Assembly: GCA_009777955.1 (NCBI GenBank)
Contig: WRKW01000006.1
Span: 1,866 to 65,865 of the forward strand
Origin: Alphaproteobacteria bacterium
GTDB lineage: Bacteria; Pseudomonadota; Alphaproteobacteria; Rs-D84
Reading direction: 5' to 3'
Length of the DNA: 64,000 bases
Position numbers and translations under genes: made by a program. A model generated the notes under the pieces. The model was not told the origin of the DNA. It made no database searches and saw nothing but the letters and a program-made list of their open reading frames with translations. This document shows, piece by piece, positions 57,356-64,000 of the stretch. Position 1 is the stretch's first letter. Every line of letters starts with the position of its first letter.

Positions 57356-57598
57356 ATGAATTTTAATTTTAATAAATTATTTGCCCGGAAAAATGTTGTA
57401 TGTGTTTTAGGTCCTTATTGGGGGGATTCTGCCAAAGGGAAAAAGCCATATTTTTTTGTTGATGTCAAATTTTGCGGGGATTATGGCCGTTGGAAAAGAA
57501 CGCGTTTCAGTCACGAAAGTAATGATTTAAATATAAAACATGTCGCGCGTACAAAGGCGAATACTTATGCCAACATGATGAGAGAGAAGATAAAATAA
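57356..57598 (+). CDS. Small hypothetical protein
   Basis: 80-aa ORF immediately upstream of bamE-like gene. Confidence 0.5.
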   Translation: MNFNFNKLFARKNVVCVLGPYWGDSAKGKKPYFFVDVKFCGDYGRWKRTRFSHESNDLNIKHVARTKANTYANMMREKIK

Positions 57599-57600
57599 AA

Positions 57601-58032
57601 ATGAAAAAAATATTTCCGCTGATTATTTCTTTTGCCATTTGCGCGTGTACATTTCAGACGAAGCAGCGTGGGTATGTTTTTCCGGAAGATACTGAAGAAC
57701 GGCTGATGACGGTAAAAAACACCGCAGATCTGGAAGAAAAGTTTGGAAGTCCTTTGGCGCGTACTGTATACGGGGAATCGATCTGGATATACTATGGTGC
57801 GGATGAAAATTATCACGGGCCATTCCCGTTGACTTGGGATAATCGGAAAGTATTGCTTGTGCGGATAGACGGAAACCGTGTGATGGATACGAAAATCCTG
57901 AATGACAAAGATTTGCCCGATGTAAGAATTGCAAGTGGTGCGACCCCCATACCCGCGGAAATCCAGCTTAATATGCTGGAAGAACTGGTAAACAACATCG
58001 GTCGTTTCAGTCCGGCGGGACTGGGGCAGTAA
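57601..58032 (+). CDS. bamE: BamE/SmpA family outer-membrane lipoprotein
   Basis: Lipobox ICAC, QRGYV, FGSP..WIY, C-terminal NIGRF as in alphaproteobacterial BamE. Confidence 0.7.
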   Translation: MKKIFPLIISFAICACTFQTKQRGYVFPEDTEERLMTVKNTADLEEKFGSPLARTVYGESIWIYYGADENYHGPFPLTWDNRKVLLVRIDGNRVMDTKILNDKDLPDVRIASGATPIPAEIQLNMLEELVNNIGRFSPAGLGQ

Positions 58033-58100
58033 ATTGCACTTCGTATATTTGTATGATATAATCAACCGGATAGAGAGAGACGAATCGAAAGGTTTTCGTT

Positions 58101-58661
58101 ATGGTTGCTAAAAAACTAGAGTTTAAGAACGGACAGTTCGTTGTATATCCGACCCAGGGTGTCGGAAAGGTTACGCGTGTGGAAGAACAAAATATCGGCG
58201 GACAAAAAATCCATATGATAGTGATAGAATTTGGCCAGAACAATATGATTCTGCGCGTGCCGCTTGAAAGGGCAGAAATTTCCGGCCTACGCCCGCTGGT
58301 CAGCGCAAGGAAAATGGACGAAGCTATTGACAGCGCAAAGCGTGCCGCGGGTGCAAAGCGTATGATTTGGGCGCGCCGCGCGGCGGCATACGAAGAAAGC
58401 ATAAATTCGGGCGATCCGATGAGATTGGCGGAAGTAGTGCGCGATCTTCAGCGACGGTCGGCAGCGGATACCATGACATTTTCTGGCCGCCAGCTTTATA
58501 TGCGCGCGCTTGAACGCATGGCCCAGGAGTTTGCCGCCCTGCATAAAATAGATGTAGAATCGGCATCTGATAAAATTGAAGAAATTTTGGGTGTGCCAAA
58601 AGAAATCGACCTTAACGCCGCGGAAGAAGATGGCGAGGAGCCATTTGAAGAAGAAAAATGA
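58101..58661 (+). CDS. carD: CarD family transcriptional regulator
   Basis: FVVYPTQGVG, LRVP..GLRPL, WARRA..YEESINSGD..AEVVRDL. Confidence 0.9.
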   Translation: MVAKKLEFKNGQFVVYPTQGVGKVTRVEEQNIGGQKIHMIVIEFGQNNMILRVPLERAEISGLRPLVSARKMDEAIDSAKRAAGAKRMIWARRAAAYEESINSGDPMRLAEVVRDLQRRSAADTMTFSGRQLYMRALERMAQEFAALHKIDVESASDKIEEILGVPKEIDLNAAEEDGEEPFEEEK

Positions 58662-58745
58662 TCTTCAATCTGGTGTAAAAAAACACTTTCAATATCTTTT
58701 GTCTTTTACTATTATGCCCTTGAATATAAGCTAAGGAGAGGCATA

Positions 58746-59336
58746 ATGAAAAAGTTTTTAGTGACTTGTTTTGTGATGTGTATGCTGTCAATTCCAGGCC
58801 ACGCAGTGTTTCGATGTGTGGACAATAGAAATCCTGGTAATTGCACTAATATAGGATCCAATCTTTGGAGAGCGCATGGTTGTGCAACACCAGGAGCGTC
58901 GGAATTTTTTGGAACTTTTCGGTGTTCAGATACACCGGGAACTATGGGTACAAAAGGAACCCCAAGTAATACAGGGGGGGCACATTGTTGGTGCAACCTT
59001 ACAAGAACTCCTAATGGCGGATGGGTATATGCGGATGTTTCTGCTGGAACCGCTCCCGCCAATCTGGTAGCGCCTGCACCGCCTGCTTCCGCCGGGAGTT
59101 TTGAAAATTTACCACCAAATGAAGAGTGTAGTACGCTAGTGAATACCGCTAATTCACGATTAGCTGCCGCCAGAACAGAAATAGACAAAATAGAGCCTGC
59201 CATTGCTACGATAAATGGTGCAGATACACTGATCAAGGCACAAGCTGCTGAAATAAATTGTCTGAAAAAATGTTCAGAGGCCTGTGCAAATGCTGCCAGA
59301 AACGCGGGTAGTTTTCGTAACGGATTATGGCAATAA
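58746..59336 (+). CDS. Secreted Cys-rich protein, diverged paralogue of the DGR-target family
   Basis: SEFFGTFRCSDTPG..HCWC..GGWVY..CLKKCSEACANAARNAGSFRNGLW parallels SEFSGTSLCS..CWC..WVF..CAxxCAxxCA..FRSAL. Confidence 0.8.
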   Translation: MKKFLVTCFVMCMLSIPGHAVFRCVDNRNPGNCTNIGSNLWRAHGCATPGASEFFGTFRCSDTPGTMGTKGTPSNTGGAHCWCNLTRTPNGGWVYADVSAGTAPANLVAPAPPASAGSFENLPPNEECSTLVNTANSRLAAARTEIDKIEPAIATINGADTLIKAQAAEINCLKKCSEACANAARNAGSFRNGLWQ

Positions 59337-59362
59337 TTCTGATATTCTAGAAAGGATGCCCG

Positions 59363-59671
59363 ATGAAAAAACTTATTTTCGGATTTATGTTAATATGTTC
59401 CGTGAATGTTGCCTTGGCTTCATCATGGCCGGCCAATTGTCCCTCTGGAATGACAATAGAAAATGACAGTAACGCTGTTATCAGGGATTCTAATAATGAT
59501 TCTAGCTATGATTGTACCCAGGTTGTTTTGTGCAATAATTCCGCGGTAGACGGGTGTTTGTTGGGTGAAAGAGGTCTGAACCATACCGATGCAAATACAC
59601 CATCCAGGGGAACATATAGAATTCCCACCACCGGTAACAATATAGAAAACGAAGTATGCTGGGCTAAATGA
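59363..59671 (+). CDS. Small secreted Cys-containing protein
   Basis: Signal peptide (VALA), CPSG motif. Confidence 0.65.
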   Translation: MKKLIFGFMLICSVNVALASSWPANCPSGMTIENDSNAVIRDSNNDSSYDCTQVVLCNNSAVDGCLLGERGLNHTDANTPSRGTYRIPTTGNNIENEVCWAK

Positions 59672-59831
59672 TAAAACTGAATAGCAAGAATTTATCTTTT
59701 CGGTGCTATTATTGTCATTGTTGTAAAGACCAATTATCTTTTTAACTGCAACGAAGCTATCGCCATTCCCGTTGCTGGTCGCGCCGTAGCGATAGCAAAG
59801 GTGGAAAACAAAATCCCTTGTAAAAAAAAGC

Positions 59832-59857
59832 TATTCGCGGGCAAAGCCCGCGAATAA
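59832..59857. terminator. Hairpin between convergent genes
   Basis: tattcgcgggcaaagcccgcgaata. Confidence 0.6.
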
Positions 59858-59889
59858 AATTATAATTTCTGCCGATCTGCGATTATCGA

Positions 59890-60345
59890 CTAAAAGGGTA
59901 TGTCATCGCCTATTTGTGCGACAGATATTTCCTCGCGCGGTTGTGGGGTTGATTGCGTTTGGCTGTCGCCATAGTTACCACTTTCCCCCGATGACTTTGT
60001 TCCGCCCAAAAGTATCATTTGTGCACCCATGTTTTGCAGAACAACTTCCGTAGTCCAGACATCTTGACCCTGTTGATTTTGCCATTTGCGAGTGCGCAAG
60101 GTGCCTTCTACATAAATTTTTGTTCCTTTTTGCAAGAAACGTTCTGCCACTTCGGCAAGGTTGGGGTTAAAAATTACCACACGATGCCATTCTGTCTGCT
60201 CGCGTCGTTCCCCGGTGTTTTTATCTTTCCAAGATTCGCTGGTCGCCAGCGAAAAAGTTACGATTTTCCCGGTCTGACTGCTGCGCACCTGTGGATCTTG
60301 ACCCAAATTTCCCAGCAATGTCACTTTGTTTATACTTCCTGCCAT
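59890..60345 (-). CDS. ssb: Single-stranded DNA-binding protein
   Basis: MAGSINKVTLLGNLG, TEWHRVV, acidic DDIPF tail. Confidence 0.96.
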   Translation of the reverse strand: MAGSINKVTLLGNLGQDPQVRSSQTGKIVTFSLATSESWKDKNTGERREQTEWHRVVIFNPNLAEVAERFLQKGTKIYVEGTLRTRKWQNQQGQDVWTTEVVLQNMGAQMILLGGTKSSGESGNYGDSQTQSTPQPREEISVAQIGDDIPF

Positions 60346-60414
60346 GATTCTTCCTTTTTTTGTTTTATCATGTATGAATTAAAGCGAAAAGCATGTGTTA
60401 AAGCAAGAAAAAAG

Positions 60415-60618
60415 TTATTTTTTCACCGCCCACCAAAGTCCCATCAGCCAACCAATGCCTGTCCAGCCGAATACCCAGCTGGAAAATCGAACTTGAGCCA
60501 TTTGAACCCCGGCAATTTTATTCTGCCGTGCCAACCATGCTGGAAACATCCAAATGATCCAGATGATACCGATTGCAAATATGTATTTAATTATCAAAAC
60601 GGCCAGTTTAAATTCCAT
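60415..60618 (-). CDS. Superinfection immunity (T4 Imm-like) membrane protein
   Basis: [22 protein letters not shown] matches the Imm_superinfect motif; start overlaps eno stop. Confidence 0.7.
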   Translation of the reverse strand: MEFKLAVLIIKYIFAIGIIWIIWMFPAWLARQNKIAGVQMAQVRFSSWVFGWTGIGWLMGLWWAVKK

Positions 60619-61867
60619 ACCTTGCCTTTCCACCCAAATGTTCTTCAATACGCAGCAATTGATTGTATTTTGCCACGCGGTCTGTGCGTGACATACTGCC
60701 TGTTTTAATCTGGCCGGCATTTGTTGCGACGGCAAGATCCGCAATCGCTGTATCTTCCGTTTCGCCCGAACGATGGGATATGATAACCCCGTATCCTGCA
60801 TCTTGTGCCATTCTTATCGCATCGAAAGTTTCAATAAGGCTGCCGATCTGGTTTATCTTTACAAGAATCGCATTGGCTATCCCCGAATCAATCCCGCGTC
60901 GCAGACGTTCCGGATTGGTAACAAACAGATCATCGCCGATCAGCTGGATGCGTGAACCGATTCGTTGGGTCATCAATTTCCATCCGTCCCAATCGTCTTC
61001 GGCCAATCCATCTTCGATTGATATAATGGGATAACTGGCAATTAAATTTTCGTAAAACTCTATCATCTGTTCAGATGACAGTTTTTTTCCTTCAAATTCG
61101 TATTTTCCATCCTTGTAAAATTCCGTTGATGCAACATCCATGCCGAAAGCTATGTCTTTTCCGGCCGTATAACCTGCGGTTGAAATTGCTTCCATAATCG
61201 TATCAAGTGCTTCTTTTGTGCTGTTGAAATTTGGGGCGAATCCACCCTCGTCGCCGACGTTTGTGGAATTTCCGTCTTGTTGTAAAATGGATTTCAAGGA
61301 ATGAAAAATTTCTGTTCCCATGCGAATTGCTTCGGATTCAGTCTTTGCGCCAACGGGGATAATCATGAATTCTTGGACATCCAATCCATTGTCTGCATGC
61401 GCGCCGCCATTGATAATATTCATCATTGGTCGGGGCAGGGTATTTCCATTTGTTCCGTAAATCGTGGCCATGTGTTCGTATAGCGGTCTTCCTGTCTGTA
61501 TAGCGGCGGCCATTGCCGATGCCATGGATACAGCAAGTATCGCGTTCGCGCCCAAGCGCGATTTATTTTGCGTTCCATCCAAATCCAGCATTGTTTTATC
61601 CAACAGTTTTTGATCGCGTGCGTCAATTCCTTTTATCGCCGCTGCGATTTCATTGTTTACGTTGGCAACGGCTTTGGATACCCCTTTGCCCATAAAGATT
61701 TTGCCGCCATCACGCAGTTCAAGTGCTTCGTGGGTTCCGGTTGATGCGCCGCTGGGCACTGCTGCGCGACCGACCGCGCCGCCGCTTAATGTAATTTCTG
61801 ATTCTATTGTGGGATTGCCACGGCTATCTATAATCTGCCGTGCGTGCACTTTAAGTATTTCAAACAT
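60608..61867 (-). CDS. eno: Enolase
   Basis: [52 protein letters not shown]. Confidence 0.97.
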   Translation of the reverse strand: MFEILKVHARQIIDSRGNPTIESEITLSGGAVGRAAVPSGASTGTHEALELRDGGKIFMGKGVSKAVANVNNEIAAAIKGIDARDQKLLDKTMLDLDGTQNKSRLGANAILAVSMASAMAAAIQTGRPLYEHMATIYGTNGNTLPRPMMNIINGGAHADNGLDVQEFMIIPVGAKTESEAIRMGTEIFHSLKSILQQDGNSTNVGDEGGFAPNFNSTKEALDTIMEAISTAGYTAGKDIAFGMDVASTEFYKDGKYEFEGKKLSSEQMIEFYENLIASYPIISIEDGLAEDDWDGWKLMTQRIGSRIQLIGDDLFVTNPERLRRGIDSGIANAILVKINQIGSLIETFDAIRMAQDAGYGVIISHRSGETEDTAIADLAVATNAGQIKTGSMSRTDRVAKYNQLLRIEEHLGGKARYGI

Positions 61868-61990
61868 AATTCCTTCCTTTCTTTAATCGCATTTATAGAC
61901 GATAGAAAGGGCAAAGGGCAAGGGGAAAAATAATGGACAGAATTTAGAATTCGTAAAATGTGGGATGATATTCGATTCGCGTACTTTTAT

Positions 61991-62737
61991 TTACATTGCG
62001 AAATTTTCGCCAAGATATACTTTGCGTACAACCGGGTCTTTTACTATTTCCGGTGTCGTGCCATGCTTTAATATTTTTCCATCATGCAATACATAAGATC
62101 GGTCTGTAATACCAAGCGTTTCGCGTACATTATGGTCTGTGATTATCACCCCCAGTCCGCGGTTTTTTAATTGCGACACTAATGCGCGAATATCATTTAC
62201 CGCAATTGGGTCAATTCCTGCAAAGGGTTCATCCAACAAGATGAATTTCGGATCCGTGGCCAGCGCGCGGGCTATTTCAACGCGCCGCCGTTCACCACCC
62301 GATAAAGATGTTGATGGTGCGCATCGCAGATGGGAAATCGAAAATTCTTCCAGCAAGCCATCCAGTTTTTTCTTGCGGGCGGAAGCCGACTTTTCTACGA
62401 CTTCCAGAATAGCCATGATATTCTGTTCGACCGTCAGTCCGCGGAATACGGAATTTTCCTGGGGTAAATATCCGATGCCCAGGCGTGAACGCTTGTAAAA
62501 AGGCAGATGGGTTATATCCTGGGAGTTCAGGAAAATTTGCCCACCGGTGGCCTGTATCTGGCCGGTAATGCAATAAAAACAGGTGGTTTTTCCGGCCCCG
62601 TTTGGTCCCAAAAGGCCGACCGATTCGCCCTGACGTGCGTGTATGCTGATATCGCGCAAAACCGACCGCCGACCGTAATTTTTTGATAAGTGTTCAATTT
62701 TCAAAATGCTTTGTTTCATATTCGTATCCGTGTTCAT
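61991..62737 (-). CDS. lptB: LPS export ABC ATPase LptB
   Basis: GPNGAGKTT, YLPQE, LSGGERRRVEIARAL, LDEPFAGIDP, ITDHNVRETL, YLGENF. Confidence 0.95.
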   Translation of the reverse strand: MNTDTNMKQSILKIEHLSKNYGRRSVLRDISIHARQGESVGLLGPNGAGKTTCFYCITGQIQATGGQIFLNSQDITHLPFYKRSRLGIGYLPQENSVFRGLTVEQNIMAILEVVEKSASARKKKLDGLLEEFSISHLRCAPSTSLSGGERRRVEIARALATDPKFILLDEPFAGIDPIAVNDIRALVSQLKNRGLGVIITDHNVRETLGITDRSYVLHDGKILKHGTTPEIVKDPVVRKVYLGENFAM

Positions 62738-62743
62738 AGATAG

Positions 62744-63220
62744 TTAAAGCTGTATTACCAATTCGTTTGTCCGCAGTGTGTCGCCATTATCGCTGTCTAC
62801 ACGGACATTTCCTTTCAGTGTCGCATTTTTTTTCACCTTGTCATATATCCCGCTGTTTGCCCTGATATCATCGGTTACCTGCCTGTCATTATCGATGCGG
62901 ATTGTTCGTGCTATTATATCTGTCATAAATACTTTATCTGGATCAAGATATTCTTGTCGTGCAGTTTTGGCCTTTATGCTGAATGGATTGTTGTTATTAT
63001 CCAATCCCGAGAATGAAAGATTTTCCATTTTAAACTGATTTCTGGCAATATCACGCATATTTATTGCGGTAATTGGTGTCCAAAGCAACTCTTTGTTCAG
63101 TATCGGCCCTATTGCCAGCGCGGCCAGCATTACCAGACCCCATCCGGTAAAGAAAAACTGCCACAGGCGTTGCAGTCGCCGGTGTCGGCCGGAAATAATA
63201 AAGTGTCTGCGGGATTTCAT
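62744..63220 (-). CDS. lptC: LptC-like LPS export protein
   Basis: N-terminal TM, FSGLDNNNNPFSIKAKTARQ..LKGNV beta-jellyroll pattern, adjacent to lptB. Confidence 0.7.
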   Translation of the reverse strand: MKSRRHFIISGRHRRLQRLWQFFFTGWGLVMLAALAIGPILNKELLWTPITAINMRDIARNQFKMENLSFSGLDNNNNPFSIKAKTARQEYLDPDKVFMTDIIARTIRIDNDRQVTDDIRANSGIYDKVKKNATLKGNVRVDSDNGDTLRTNELVIQL

Positions 63221-63300
63221 CAATAAAGACTTTATTACAAAAATCTTTGCTTTGCAACCCGATTTCTGATAAAATGCTGTAAAGAGAGAATGTGTTATCC

Positions 63301-64000
63301 ATGAATAAGACTTGTCTGATATCTGTGCTTTGTATCCTATGCTTTGTGACGGTTTCGCCGGCACTGGCTACCAGTATAACAATTAAGAAAGCGGATTCCG
63401 TCCAGCCCCAGAAAAAGGAAGCCGGTGGTCTGTTGGACGGCAATAGCCTTATCCCGACCGCTATCACTCTGGCGACTGGAATTATAAGCATGAACCAACA
63501 AATGAAAGCCCTGGAAGGCGACTGTATCCCGACACAGGCAGAAATTAATTGGGTTTCAAATATGATAAAGGAACAGGCAAAAGCTGGCAAGGATTTCAGC
63601 AGAATATTGAATAATATTCCCGCTTGTAGAACTCATGAGGAATACAGAGATTTGGCGTATCAGCAGAAAAATTCGAGATCCGGCAAAGGATGTTATGAAC
63701 TGTGGAATTCAAAGGCAGATGAAAATATGATTTGGCATAATGCCCCGAAAGCAAGCATGGGCAAAATTTGCAAATCTGGAAGCAGCGGTACATATACGGG
63801 GTGTGCTTCGAAAGATGAAGAAACTGTGTCCAATATATACGACATATTTGCAATGATAGATTTTACGTCTGCGGACTATACGGCAAGCGAAGCCGCAATG
63901 GCAGCAAGGCTTACAGAAAAGCATGACAAGTGTTCGCCGGTTAAATTAAGGGCGAAACAGCGCGAGATGTGGGGCGGATTCTTGCTTCAGACAGCGGGTA
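63301..64000 (+). CDS. Secreted hypothetical protein, 3' partial
   Basis: MNKTCLISVLCILCFVTVSPALA signal peptide; frame open to window end. Confidence 0.7.
   Translation, partial: MNKTCLISVLCILCFVTVSPALATSITIKKADSVQPQKKEAGGLLDGNSLIPTAITLATGIISMNQQMKALEGDCIPTQAEINWVSNMIKEQAKAGKDFSRILNNIPACRTHEEYRDLAYQQKNSRSGKGCYELWNSKADENMIWHNAPKASMGKICKSGSSGTYTGCASKDEETVSNIYDIFAMIDFTSADYTASEAAMAARLTEKHDKCSPVKLRAKQREMWGGFLLQTAG

Noticed and set aside
1-64000. Reverse transcriptase, Avd, transposase or integrase genes
   Set aside because: No YADD/YMDD-type RT motif, DDE, HUH or tyrosine-recombinase motif recognised in any ORF.

Overview
A 64-kb chromosomal segment, most likely from a reduced-genome, fermentative alphaproteobacterium. 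This is inferred from the ftsEX-ydcF-plsC, plsY-dprA, uvrC-pgsA, ruvX/gatCAB, carD and lptCB arrangements together with PFOR, class II FBA and enolase. Most of the window is housekeeping genes (tolB, efp, dapA, ppa, dnaN, dnaA, rpsT, sufBC, dnaJ, parE, miaB, ctpA, ssb, eno). It also holds scattered type IVb pilus genes and several Cys-rich secreted proteins. The main signal is four dispersed copies (three intact, one 5'-truncated) of a small secreted Cys-rich protein gene. Their last ~120 bp differ almost only at codon positions 1-2 of NNC/NNT codons, the signature of diversity-generating retroelement (DGR) variable regions. Every copy is followed by a palindromic REP-like array containing a ~30-bp core that is flipped between copies, and the intact copies share a strong sigma70 promoter. 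No reverse transcriptase or template repeat is visible in the window, so the DGR reading is an inference with a precise test. No rRNA, tRNA, CRISPR array or transposase was recognised.
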